Assembly (NCBI GenBank): GCA_964342815.1
Contig: CAYFHS010000022.1
Coordinates: 33,948-68,574 of the forward strand
Direction: 5' to 3'
From: an uncultured archaeon
GTDB taxonomy: Archaea > Thermoplasmatota > Penumbrarchaeia > JASLWR01
Length of the DNA: 34,627 nucleotides
Shown: positions 8,388 through 17,703 of the stretch, in pieces
Layout of the letters: each line of letters begins with the position of its first letter
How positions within the stretch are numbered: the stretch's first letter is position 1
Program-made: the position numbers and the translations under genes
Notes under the pieces: model-generated
The model's input: the letters and a program-made list of their open reading frames with translations, nothing else
What the model was told of the DNA's origin: nothing
Database searches by the model: none

Positions 8388-10012
8388 AATATTATTTCCT
8401 TCTTTTCCATCAGATGTTTTATTATCTCATCGGCGCCGAGTTTTTCCGGCCAAATGTAATGATCAAAAATATTTCGGTCCTTGCACTTGTCAAGAAGCCG
8501 CATGGAGTGTATCTTGACAATAACGTAACATTCCGGATTAAGCCTCTTTATGCGACAAGCCACCAAGAAGAGTTCGTGTTCGTCGGGAACCGTTACAATG
8601 GCAGCCTTGGCATGCTGGATATCCGCTTTATTCAGGATATTCAGGTCAGCGCCGTTTCCCAATATGGCGTTGATCCCTCCCCGCCGGAGGTATTCAATCT
8701 TCTTCATGCTCCGGTCAATTACAGCTATATCCTTGTTATAGCTGTCCAGAAGATGGGTCAATTTGGCAGAGGTCCTTCCATACCCTACGATAACGGTATG
8801 GTTGTATAGAATTGGTTTCTCTCTCTCTTCGAAATGGAAAGCCTGAACCAGGATGGGGGTACCAAGGGCGGTAATTATGGTCATCACCACTACAGCATTG
8901 AAAAGAGGTTCATCTATAATCTTTGCATCAAATGCAATGGCGCTTGCTGCTATTGCTGCGCTTACCTTGGGTAGAAGAATTGCACCGATTGTAATTCCAT
9001 CCATTGACTTCAAGCGTTCCATCTTTGCGAATAATAAACCTCCGATTAACCTCGCTGCCAGCAGGGTCACCAGCAGCGAAACGGTCAGTAAGATTCCAGT
9101 TGATTCCTTGTAGAAAACCGTGATGTCCATCTCCATACCCAGGATTATAAAGAAAATCGGAATGAAAAAACCGTGCCCCAGTCCTTGTAATTTATGGTAG
9201 GTCTTTTCATCGGGGATATGCTGACCGAGGGTCATTCCAACTAGAAAAGCGATGAGAATTCCGTGAATTCCTATTAGCTCACCAATACCGATAATACCGA
9301 TCAGCAATGCAAGTACGAATTTGAAGTCACCCTCCTTCTGCTTTCTTTTCTCCCTTGTAAAGAAATGCGAAGCCAATTTCGGAAGTATTACCAGTATGGC
9401 CAGGATAATTGCAACTGTGCCAAACATGAAGAAAATAAGCCATAGATAGCTTTTGTCCAGTTGAACTATGAATGAGATGATAAAAAGCGTGATTGCGTCC
9501 AGTATAATAACAGCTGGTATCAAAAAGCTTGCGAATTTTTCCCTGAGGTATAATGAGGATTTTACCATGGGAATTATTTCACCCACCGATGCAGACATCA
9601 TAACGGTTCCCAACAATAACGAAGCCAGTATAATCTTCTCCGAAATAAGTCCCAACTCACCCAATGCAAGTCCAAGGGCAAAACCGAATATGAAGCAGAT
9701 TGAGGCACTTATTACCGTTAATTTCAATGATTTTCCGAAAGATACATTCGTGTACTCATGGATCTCCAAACCAGCTTCGAAAACGAGAAAGAAGATACCG
9801 ATCTCAGCCAACAGCTCAAATGCCTTGTGAAATTCGATACCTATAACCGAAGGGCCCAATATGATTCCTACAATAATATACAATGGGACAATAAGTATCC
9901 GGTACTTTCGGAAAAATTCCGGTATGAGTAGTGAAATCCCCAGTAGGACAGAGAATATTATCAGTGGATCCAAATGCTGCAGATAATCCATTCGATGGGC
10001 AATGGCCTCCAT
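8384..10012 (-). CDS. Cation:proton antiporter (CPA2/Kef-like) with C-terminal KTN/TrkA-N domain
   Basis: About 12-13 TM, LAEIGIFFLVFEAGLE, ILDAIT, FFIPIFFIILGMEMD; C-terminal VIVGYGR...IDR...GNGADLNILNKADIQHAKA. Confidence 0.9.
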   Translation of the reverse strand: MEAIAHRMDYLQHLDPLIIFSVLLGISLLIPEFFRKYRILIVPLYIIVGIILGPSVIGIEFHKAFELLAEIGIFFLVFEAGLEIHEYTNVSFGKSLKLTVISASICFIFGFALGLALGELGLISEKIILASLLLGTVMMSASVGEIIPMVKSSLYLREKFASFLIPAVIILDAITLFIISFIVQLDKSYLWLIFFMFGTVAIILAILVILPKLASHFFTREKRKQKEGDFKFVLALLIGIIGIGELIGIHGILIAFLVGMTLGQHIPDEKTYHKLQGLGHGFFIPIFFIILGMEMDITVFYKESTGILLTVSLLVTLLAARLIGGLLFAKMERLKSMDGITIGAILLPKVSAAIAASAIAFDAKIIDEPLFNAVVVMTIITALGTPILVQAFHFEEREKPILYNHTVIVGYGRTSAKLTHLLDSYNKDIAVIDRSMKKIEYLRRGGINAILGNGADLNILNKADIQHAKAAIVTVPDEHELFLVACRIKRLNPECYVIVKIHSMRLLDKCKDRNIFDHYIWPEKLGADEIIKHLMEKKEIIF

Positions 10013-10077
10013 ATCTATAAAAATATTGCCATGAGTGAATTTAGTTCACTTCTTGAAGTGTTTGATATAAAAAAAAG

Positions 10078-10686
10078 TCATCCCATAAACGATTTCTTCT
10101 TTTTCCTAAGAATAACAATAATAACAATTGCAATTACTATGATTCCAACACCGATCAGAAGCCACGTAAAACTGTCAAGCAATATTCCATTATTATTCTC
10201 TCGCGCGAACCTCACACGTTTGTTGTTATTGGGATAGCTGTACTCCAGCATGTCAGGAGTTCTCGAAATATTGTTTTCATAAAAACGACCAAATCGCAGC
10301 GAGATGTAATAAGTCTCATTATATATTATCTCCACCGTTTCGCTCTTTGACGAATAATTGGTCCAAGAGCAGGAATGAACGTTATTTTCTTTATCGTACA
10401 CATTGAAATATACCGATTTTATGGGCAGTTTTGTGAAATTATTATTCGTCATAATTATATCGAGCTCCAGTCGGGTGCCGTTCTCCCTCCAGTCAACAAT
10501 AACAAGATCTCCAACACTATCACTGTCCCATCGACCAACCGTTTTCTTCAAGCATCCTGTCGTAATAATTGAGGAAAAAATTATACATGAAATAATTGAA
10601 TAGCAGAGAAACCCCGGGATTCGTATATTATTAGAATCCCGTGACCGGTTTGTTTTATATCGGTCCATTGACATGGACATAGTCAA
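10078..10686 (-). CDS. Hypothetical membrane protein; possible lipoprotein with Ig-like core and C-terminal TM
   Basis: Hydrophobic stretch ending IITTGCL (lipobox-like), beta-rich middle, C-terminal TM followed by RKKKK. Confidence 0.6.
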   Translation of the reverse strand: MTMSMSMDRYKTNRSRDSNNIRIPGFLCYSIISCIIFSSIITTGCLKKTVGRWDSDSVGDLVIVDWRENGTRLELDIIMTNNNFTKLPIKSVYFNVYDKENNVHSCSWTNYSSKSETVEIIYNETYYISLRFGRFYENNISRTPDMLEYSYPNNNKRVRFARENNNGILLDSFTWLLIGVGIIVIAIVIIVILRKKKKSFMG

Positions 10687-10770
10687 AAGGATAATTTAAT
10701 TCTTTTCGCTATTTTTGTATTTTTCGGTGTAGGATGTACAACCTGTATTTCCATTCTTGTACAATTTCAA

Positions 10771-12663
10771 TTAACTGATAATTATAATGTTGTCGGAATT
10801 CTCCTTGAGAACGGTTACAATCTTCTTGACGCTGGGAAAACGTTCCAGGTCAGTGTGAGGGATGAAGGAAGCCGAAGAAAATTCATCGAAAAAATCCTTG
10901 TTGACACTGAGTTCGACATAGGTTAATTTCTTGTTGATCTCAGCTGCACGGTCCATCATTTCACACGACAAAAGTACCGTCTTTGCACCTGTGAGAGAAC
11001 CATTCCCGATAAATACGAACTTGTCAACCGACATGTCGGGTAGAAGTCCCAATAAAATCGCCTTACGCAGATCGATATAGTTACCAAAGCCACCTGCGAT
11101 GTAAATTTTGTCCATATCATCGAAATCCAAATTCACCGTCTTTAAAAGAAGTGCCGTTGCTGCATACACTGCTGCTTTGCTTCTGATAATGCTTTGTATG
11201 TCGATCTCCGTGATAACGATATCCGTGTTGTTCCCGGTTGAACCCTTTTCAACAACTACAAACTCTAGACCATCATTTCCATTCCTGATACGCTGTGGGT
11301 TCACTTCTTTCTGCAGGTTACCCTTCCTATCAATTAGGTTGTGGGTGAAAAGTTCCGCAAGAAGATCGATTAGACCTGATCCGCATATACCAACCGGTGG
11401 AACATTTCCTATGGTCTTGTAATCTGAATCGCCGGACGGATTGATATCGATTTGCTCTATGGCGCCAGTGGTAGCGCGCATCCCCGAATCCACCTCACCA
11501 CCTTCGAACGCTGGTCCCGCTGAACAGGCGCATCCCACGAGCCAATCCTTGTTTCCGACGACGACTTCACCATTCGTTCCTACATCTATCATTATGGATA
11601 TCTCAGACTTTTCGTACATACGGGCTGCGATTATATCAGCAGTAATATCTCCTCCGACATACCCCGCTCTGCTCGGAAGTGAATGCAGGATCGCCCTATT
11701 GTTTACCTTGATGCCTAGTTCTCTTGCGTAGACCAAAGGCATGGTATTCGAAACCGGAATGTATGGTTCCAACTTGATGAACCGGGGGTAGATACCGTAG
11801 AGAAGATGCGTCATCACGGTATTCCCGGCAATAACCATTGATCGGATTTTTTCTGGGGCGATCCCCAATTTTCCTATCAGAGAATTGATGGTTTTTACTG
11901 CCAACCCCTGCATGGTCCTCAGTCCCTTTGCATCTGCACTGAAATCGATTCTCGTGAGAACATCTTCACCGTGAACCATCTGTTTGTTGTAATCAGCGGC
12001 CGAACCAACTATTTCCCCCGTACCCAGATCCACGAGATTGGCCACGATGGTGGTAGTTCCGAGGTCAACGGCCAATCCAAGGTATTCTCCCGACATGTCA
12101 CCGGATTCGATATCAATCAATTCATATCCAGGATCCCTGCGGGACAGGGATAGCGTTATATCCCAATTAGCATCCCGGAGTTTTTTTCCAAGGTACTGTA
12201 TCCTGTCCAGGGAGATATGACTCAATTGGATTTTTCGTGATCGAAGTTCTCTTTTTATCCTTTCGATATCGGATATGTTATCATCGAGGGTCGGCGATGG
12301 AAGCTGTATATGATATTTTATTAGGAGAGGGTCAATTTTTTCGTGGTAAGAATCTTCACATCGAGTGAGAACTTTCATTTTTTCGGTAACACTGCTTGGA
12401 GGAATGAAAACTTCAATAGTGGAATCCACAGTAGTCTGGCAGGCCAGTTGAAACTCAATTTTTGAGTAATCTCCTTTGAGAACGGATTCTAGAACCCCCT
12501 CATTAATGGATTCTTTGACATAGACCCTACATTTTCCGCATTCCCCCATACCCCCACATACTGCATTTATGGGAATCCCTGCCTCAACAATCGCATCCAT
12601 CAGGCAGCTTCCTTCCACAGAGTTTATGGAAATATAATAGGGATATAAGGTCACTCGGTGCAT
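10771..12663 (-). CDS. RACo/RamA-type ATP-dependent reductive activator of corrinoid proteins ([2Fe-2S] ferredoxin + ASKHA ATPase; DUF4445-like)
   Basis: CGGMGECGKC...LACQ; AVDLGTTT; HGEDVLTRI; IDVGTNGE; CSAGPAFEGG; GICGSG; AGGFGNY; GNGSLTGA. Start moved to ATG 12663 (MHRVTLYP), which matches the usual ferredoxin-domain start. Confidence 0.9.
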   Translation of the reverse strand: MHRVTLYPYYISINSVEGSCLMDAIVEAGIPINAVCGGMGECGKCRVYVKESINEGVLESVLKGDYSKIEFQLACQTTVDSTIEVFIPPSSVTEKMKVLTRCEDSYHEKIDPLLIKYHIQLPSPTLDDNISDIERIKRELRSRKIQLSHISLDRIQYLGKKLRDANWDITLSLSRRDPGYELIDIESGDMSGEYLGLAVDLGTTTIVANLVDLGTGEIVGSAADYNKQMVHGEDVLTRIDFSADAKGLRTMQGLAVKTINSLIGKLGIAPEKIRSMVIAGNTVMTHLLYGIYPRFIKLEPYIPVSNTMPLVYARELGIKVNNRAILHSLPSRAGYVGGDITADIIAARMYEKSEISIMIDVGTNGEVVVGNKDWLVGCACSAGPAFEGGEVDSGMRATTGAIEQIDINPSGDSDYKTIGNVPPVGICGSGLIDLLAELFTHNLIDRKGNLQKEVNPQRIRNGNDGLEFVVVEKGSTGNNTDIVITEIDIQSIIRSKAAVYAATALLLKTVNLDFDDMDKIYIAGGFGNYIDLRKAILLGLLPDMSVDKFVFIGNGSLTGAKTVLLSCEMMDRAAEINKKLTYVELSVNKDFFDEFSSASFIPHTDLERFPSVKKIVTVLKENSDNIIIIS

Positions 12664-12837
12664 AACAGCAACGAGAGCCACATTATAAATGATAAATGTT
12701 TTGAGAGAAAAAACATTTTTTTTTGACAGAAAGCATTCCGATGAGTCCAACCACAATCGGTCATCAATAGCAAATCAAGCAATAAAGTAGAAAATACATG
12801 ACCGGTTTTACCCGGCAATCGCACAATTTACGGAACT

Positions 12838-12844
12838 AGGAGGA
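12838..12844 (+). promoter_or_regulatory. Shine-Dalgarno site for the carbamoyltransferase gene
   Basis: AGGAGGA 5 nt upstream of ATG 12850. Confidence 0.65.
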
Positions 12845-12849
12845 ATATA

Positions 12850-13803
12850 ATGAGAAGCTTTAATGGAAGAGATATAGTATCGCTGAAGGATATTGAAAGA
12901 GCAGAGTACATGAGAATTTTTGAAATAGCGGATGAACTGGCCCCAATAGCCAGGAATCGAAATAACGATGATTTGCTATCTGAGAAAACCCTGGTAACGG
13001 CATTCTACCAGCCCAGCACCCGGACGAGACTTGCCACGGAAGCAGCCATGCACAGGCTTGGCGGTCGTGTTGTGGGCTTCTCCGATGCCAAAATGACACG
13101 GGCAGGTGATTTTTACCAGGAGTCAATCAAGGATACTGTTAAGATGCTCGAGTATTACGGTGACGTGATCGCAATGCGTCATTTTCAGCAGGGTGCACCA
13201 CTTGAGGCTGCAAAATGGGCCAGCGTGCCAATAATCAACTGCGGTGACGGCTGGGGCGAACATCCGACACAGGTACTTACCGATCTATATACGATTTTGA
13301 AGGAGAAGGGCACGCTTGACGGATTGAATTTCCTCTGCGTCGGGGACGGAAGAATGAGGACGATGCATTCCATGGCTCATGCCATCACCCAGTTCGATAT
13401 CGAAGCGAATTTTGTATTTCCTCCCGATATGGGAATGACTGACGAATACGTGAAGTTTATGGAATCTCGGAACGCTCGCTTCAATTTCACGGATCATGTG
13501 GACAAGGTCATTGCCGAAGCGGATGTCATATACATGGAGCCCGTGGTGCAACCCGATTATACGATGTCTAGACAAGAAGCCACCGAGGATAAAGGATTGA
13601 CCCATGCAAATTACAAGATAACGAGAGAACTTCTTAGAAACAAAGCGAAGAGCGACTCGATAATTCTCCACTCTCTGCCGCGTATGGACGAACTGCCCCC
13701 TGATGTGGATGAGACTAGGCATTCAAGATACTGGCCCGAAGCGTTCAACGGTGTGGTTATGAGAATGGCACTTCTTGCATTAGTATTAGGCGCAATGGAA
13801 TAA
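12850..13803 (+). CDS. Aspartate/ornithine carbamoyltransferase family protein, ATCase-like but probably not canonical PyrB
   Basis: Carbamoyl-phosphate motifs PSTRT, MRH, HPTQ and HSLPR are present. The aspartate-site motifs are altered (see findings). Confidence 0.85.
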   Translation: MRSFNGRDIVSLKDIERAEYMRIFEIADELAPIARNRNNDDLLSEKTLVTAFYQPSTRTRLATEAAMHRLGGRVVGFSDAKMTRAGDFYQESIKDTVKMLEYYGDVIAMRHFQQGAPLEAAKWASVPIINCGDGWGEHPTQVLTDLYTILKEKGTLDGLNFLCVGDGRMRTMHSMAHAITQFDIEANFVFPPDMGMTDEYVKFMESRNARFNFTDHVDKVIAEADVIYMEPVVQPDYTMSRQEATEDKGLTHANYKITRELLRNKAKSDSIILHSLPRMDELPPDVDETRHSRYWPEAFNGVVMRMALLALVLGAME

Positions 13804-13810
13804 TTGTGCC

Positions 13811-13818
13811 TTTTTTTT
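13811..13818 (+). terminator. Oligo-T tract, putative archaeal intrinsic terminator
   Basis: T8 run 8 nt after the stop at 13803, between convergent genes. Confidence 0.4.
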
Positions 13819-15298
13819 AAAAACCAAACAATTCCGCAAGGGAACCAAACATTTCAGCCAGGCTGAGACCAGCCCATCCTCGCAGTATTGCGTATGTGAG
13901 AAACAGTGCATACATGCCCAATAATATCACAGCTTTTGCGCGAGTAAGCTTCATCTTTATGGCCAGTATGATCAAAGTAATTGTTGACAATACAAGCAGA
14001 ATTATCCGCACCTCCTGCACCCCCTCACTGTTCTCCAGGTTCACAGTCCCCTTCCACAATCCGTATATCAGAAGAGGCAGTCCCAGGCATATGTTGATAT
14101 CGAATATATTGCTCCCGAAAGCATTTGAAACAGCTCCACTGTCATCGCCTTTTCGCGCTGAAAGCATAGAGAGAAATGTGTCCGGCACAGATGTGGCTGC
14201 AGCCGCTATTACCACTGCTACGAAAAAAGGTTTTATGTCAAGACTAACGGATATCTCCTTGCAGCTTAATGTTAGGAAGTAACATGCTCCCCCGATTATC
14301 GCGGTAGTCGCGAGAATAATTAGCCAAGCCATACTTTTCGTATGTTCGTATTTCACGCCGTCGTGAATGAACCATTTATCATCCTTTTCATCGATATTCA
14401 GACGGAGCATCCCGGAGTGTTTCGTACCGATATAGTCCACAGTGAACTCATCCGCGCCCTGGGCTCTCAGTACGACGCTGCACCCGTCCAATCGGCACCC
14501 ATCGATCCCTTCCTGCTCCGGCATATGGTCCTGAAGACACTGCCAGAACTCATCAGGATCTTCCTCCAGCTCCTCAGCCATATCCGAATCGGGAAAATCC
14601 GGCCAGATTTTCAGCAATTCTTCGTAATCCTTTGTGTGAACTACCCGATACAAATCCTTCGTTATCCTGTCTATTGCTACTCTCTCGTTCTCCTTGAGAA
14701 CACGCATGTGTCTCTTGGCATCCATCCAGAGCCACAGAGCATATCCGCCGTATAGTCCAAGGAATACAAGCCCCATCCACCAGGTCAGCTCACCCGTGGT
14801 GATAAATGATATAAGAACTATTTCGGAGAACAGGAAATACAGGCCGTCCCGGTACAACACCTCCTTTTCCACCACCAGGTTTGTATCCAGTCCCTTCAAT
14901 TTACGAACGTTATAGATGAAGAACACACATACTGCGGGTATAACGATCATGTTGTAGATGGCACTACCCGCGCAGGTTGCTATGCCGGATTCATAGGTTC
15001 CGAAGAAGAAAAGAAAGAACATCACCGTGAAAAACTCGGGCATGGAACTGGCTACGGCATCAATGGTGGCCCCCCGCACCGATCCAGGTATGTTTCGTCC
15101 CAGAAAGAAAGAAGCATCGGAAAATGGCTCGCAGGCCTTCCATATCACTATGGAGATCAGTATGACGAGAAAGAACCAGAACCAGACGGGAAAATTACCC
15201 CAGTAGGCGATTATAGCGAAGATAAGGCTTGCAAGAAGAAGCCCAAGTAGCGAATAGCCTACAAGGGTTTTACGGTCAAAATTACCAATGCCCGACAT
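13817..15298 (-). CDS. Ca2+/cation antiporter (CaCA family, NCKX-like alpha repeats) with an inserted soluble domain
   Basis: Alpha-1 GATIDAVASSMPE...GSAIYN; alpha-2 AAATSVPD...AVSNAFGSNIFDI; about 125-aa hydrophilic central loop. Confidence 0.9.
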   Translation of the reverse strand: MSGIGNFDRKTLVGYSLLGLLLASLIFAIIAYWGNFPVWFWFFLVILISIVIWKACEPFSDASFFLGRNIPGSVRGATIDAVASSMPEFFTVMFFLFFFGTYESGIATCAGSAIYNMIVIPAVCVFFIYNVRKLKGLDTNLVVEKEVLYRDGLYFLFSEIVLISFITTGELTWWMGLVFLGLYGGYALWLWMDAKRHMRVLKENERVAIDRITKDLYRVVHTKDYEELLKIWPDFPDSDMAEELEEDPDEFWQCLQDHMPEQEGIDGCRLDGCSVVLRAQGADEFTVDYIGTKHSGMLRLNIDEKDDKWFIHDGVKYEHTKSMAWLIILATTAIIGGACYFLTLSCKEISVSLDIKPFFVAVVIAAAATSVPDTFLSMLSARKGDDSGAVSNAFGSNIFDINICLGLPLLIYGLWKGTVNLENSEGVQEVRIILLVLSTITLIILAIKMKLTRAKAVILLGMYALFLTYAILRGWAGLSLAEMFGSLAELFGF

Positions 15299-15484
15299 TA
15301 TAAGCGCACCTTTAGCTCCAAGATACTGTGCTTAGAGAACTGAGTACCCGAGAGTTTATGGTAAAAGTTGATTTAAAATATATAATTTGTTAGCTATTTG
15401 GCATTAGCGAGAATTGCCCTCGCAATGAACAATGTTGAAAGATGTTTCAACCTTCCCCGGCTCTGCAGTAGAGTAACGAGATAT

Positions 15485-17005
15485 TTATCTGAGAAACACG
15501 TCTCTGAATATCTTGCCAATACTTACGAAGACTACGAAGAATTCCAAGCGGCCCAGGAACATTCCTATTATCTCGGTCCAAAGAAGAGGCAATGGTGCGT
15601 TTGGTAACGTTATATTCCCGGCAGAAAGGCCTACCGTTCCCAGCGCAGATGCGAACTCGAAAAGCGATTCCTTCATTCCATGCCCGTATGCGGAGATCAC
15701 CATGGATCCCGCAAGAAAGGTAAGGAAATACAGAAAAACGTAGTTTGCCGTGTGTTTTATATGAATGTCGCGGATGAACTCTTTCTGATCGTCCTTCCAT
15801 ATGTAATTATGGATGATGGCTGAACGGGGACGGAACGGCCTTTTTATCTGCCATATGATGGATTTGAACAGAAGATGAACCCTGTACTGCTTCAGACCGC
15901 CGGACGTTGAGCAAATCCCTCCACCTATTATCATGAGAATGATCATTATCAGCCAACCCAGGCCGGACCAATTACCGTATTGCGTAATTGAGAATCCGGT
16001 ACCGGTCAGGGCAGAGACCGCTTCGAACAGACCAGTTCGGAAAGCCATTCCCTTGCTGGGGGATATGGAGCTTGTCACTTTGAAGAAAAGAACTACCGAG
16101 GATATCGATATGGCTGCGAAGAATAACCTAATCTCACCGTTCCGAAAGAAGGATTTGAGTTTACCCCTGAAAAGCCAGTATGCAGTAAGGAAATTCAGAT
16201 TACCAAGGAACATCAGCATCAGGGTGACTGTTTCTATTCCTATTGAAAAAGGCAGTCCGCTCCAATGCCCGATACTTGCGTTCTTGGTTGAAAAACCTCC
16301 AGTAGCCACAGCGGTAAACGTATGGTTCACAGAATCGAAGAAGGTGAATTGATTTCCGCTTCCAACCCCTCCGTTGAACTTCCATGCAACCAGCGTATAA
16401 GCAAGGATTCCAAGAACAACGTAACCAAGATACAGCTTGACCACTAGTTTGGCTGATTCTCGAACGTGTGGAGCAAGCTGTTCGGTTCTACCTTCGGCCT
16501 CTGTAAATCCCAATCCCACAGGACCTGTTATAGCAGCTAGCATCATGATGGCAAAACCCGCACCACCACCCAGCTGCATGGTACTCCTCCATAGCAAGAG
16601 CATATGTGAGTAATTCTCCACGTCCGTGACCATGGTAAGGCCAGTGGTGGTCCAGCCGCTGACAGCTTCGAATACCGATTGGGTGAAGGTCATCCTTGCA
16701 ATGATCATAAAGGGGATTGCGGAGAAAAGGGATATTAGCGTCCAGGTCAGGAAAACTATTATTCCGCCGTCCATTACGGTTAGAACCCTTTTCTTTCTTG
16801 GTTCGAAGAACCTCCACATGACCATACCTATTCCAGCTGATCCCAGGGCGGGTAAAAAAAATCCTATGGAATCGCCCCATTCCTCGGGCCAGCCGAAAAG
16901 GGCAAAGAGCGGGAAGAGCATGAGGGTACTGACCAAGATAAGGTTGAAACCCGTAAATGACAGTATCGTCCAGTATTTTTCCCGCAATCCGGTTTCTCTT
17001 TGCAT
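15485..17005 (-). CDS. trkH: Trk-type K+ uptake membrane subunit
   Basis: Four P-loop Gly motifs: SGWTTTG, ATGGFS, TGTGFS, GTVGLS; MFLGRLE near the C-terminus. Confidence 0.95.
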   Translation of the reverse strand: MQRETGLREKYWTILSFTGFNLILVSTLMLFPLFALFGWPEEWGDSIGFFLPALGSAGIGMVMWRFFEPRKKRVLTVMDGGIIVFLTWTLISLFSAIPFMIIARMTFTQSVFEAVSGWTTTGLTMVTDVENYSHMLLLWRSTMQLGGGAGFAIMMLAAITGPVGLGFTEAEGRTEQLAPHVRESAKLVVKLYLGYVVLGILAYTLVAWKFNGGVGSGNQFTFFDSVNHTFTAVATGGFSTKNASIGHWSGLPFSIGIETVTLMLMFLGNLNFLTAYWLFRGKLKSFFRNGEIRLFFAAISISSVVLFFKVTSSISPSKGMAFRTGLFEAVSALTGTGFSITQYGNWSGLGWLIMIILMIIGGGICSTSGGLKQYRVHLLFKSIIWQIKRPFRPRSAIIHNYIWKDDQKEFIRDIHIKHTANYVFLYFLTFLAGSMVISAYGHGMKESLFEFASALGTVGLSAGNITLPNAPLPLLWTEIIGMFLGRLEFFVVFVSIGKIFRDVFLR

Positions 17006-17021
17006 CCCGCATACCCGTAAA

Positions 17022-17684
17022 TCAGTATTCCATTGTCAGCATTTTGAGGGCTTCGTCGTGATTCGTGGGAAGGGAGACCAGAATTATACGATCACCCGGT
17101 CTCAAACGGGTCTTTCCCCGGGGAATGATGGGTTTGTTCCTCCGGATCAATCCGGCAATAAGGCAGTCGGCCGGAAGTTTCAGATCCTCGAGAGGGATGT
17201 TCACCATCTTTGCGCTCTTTTTCAAAACCACCTCGGTAAGATTGAACTTCCCATCACCTACCGGCGTAAGGTGAACTATATCCTCGAAGATCGCTTTCTG
17301 CTCGATAAGACCCGTTAGGATATGCGTGGTTGATATGGCATCAGCGATACCCAGGTTCTTGAACACTTTTTCGTTGTCCGGATCGTTCACAAGGGCTAGG
17401 ATACGGGGGACCTGAAAGTAAGCATCCGCCATCTGGCAGATGGTGAAATTATCCTGATCGAAGGAAGTAAGGGCGAGCAATACATCGCTGTAGAAAGCCC
17501 CGGCGTCCTCCAGGACCTCGGGATCGCTTCCGTCACCATAAACTATATTGATCTTCAACTGTTTTGCCAGTCTGCTTCCGCCTTCCCAGTTACGGTCTAT
17601 CACCGTGACCTTGTGTTTTTTCGATATCAAGGCCCTTGAAAGGAAATATACCAGTTTACCGCCTCCGACAATAAGAACTCTCAT
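17022..17684 (-). CDS. trkA: TrkA-type regulatory subunit (RCK N + C domains)
   Basis: MRVLIVGGGK, GDGSDPEVLEDAG, DQDN, C-terminal IIPRGKTRLRPGDRI. Confidence 0.9.
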   Translation of the reverse strand: MRVLIVGGGKLVYFLSRALISKKHKVTVIDRNWEGGSRLAKQLKINIVYGDGSDPEVLEDAGAFYSDVLLALTSFDQDNFTICQMADAYFQVPRILALVNDPDNEKVFKNLGIADAISTTHILTGLIEQKAIFEDIVHLTPVGDGKFNLTEVVLKKSAKMVNIPLEDLKLPADCLIAGLIRRNKPIIPRGKTRLRPGDRIILVSLPTNHDEALKMLTMEY

Positions 17685-17703
17685 TTAGTCATCTCCATAT
17701 AAA

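Noticed and set aside
12850-13803. Naming this gene pyrB
   Set aside because: The aspartate-binding K84 and R229 motifs are missing, and there is no pyr context.
15434-15451. GTTGAAA-gatg-TTTCAAC hairpin downstream of trkH
   Set aside because: A single 7-bp, AT-rich stem with no clear U-tract; too weak to call a terminator or ncRNA.
15447-17318. Overlapping ORFs 15447-15800, 16488-17012 and 16626-17318
   Set aside because: Alternative-frame or antisense to the well-supported trkH/trkA; no motifs.
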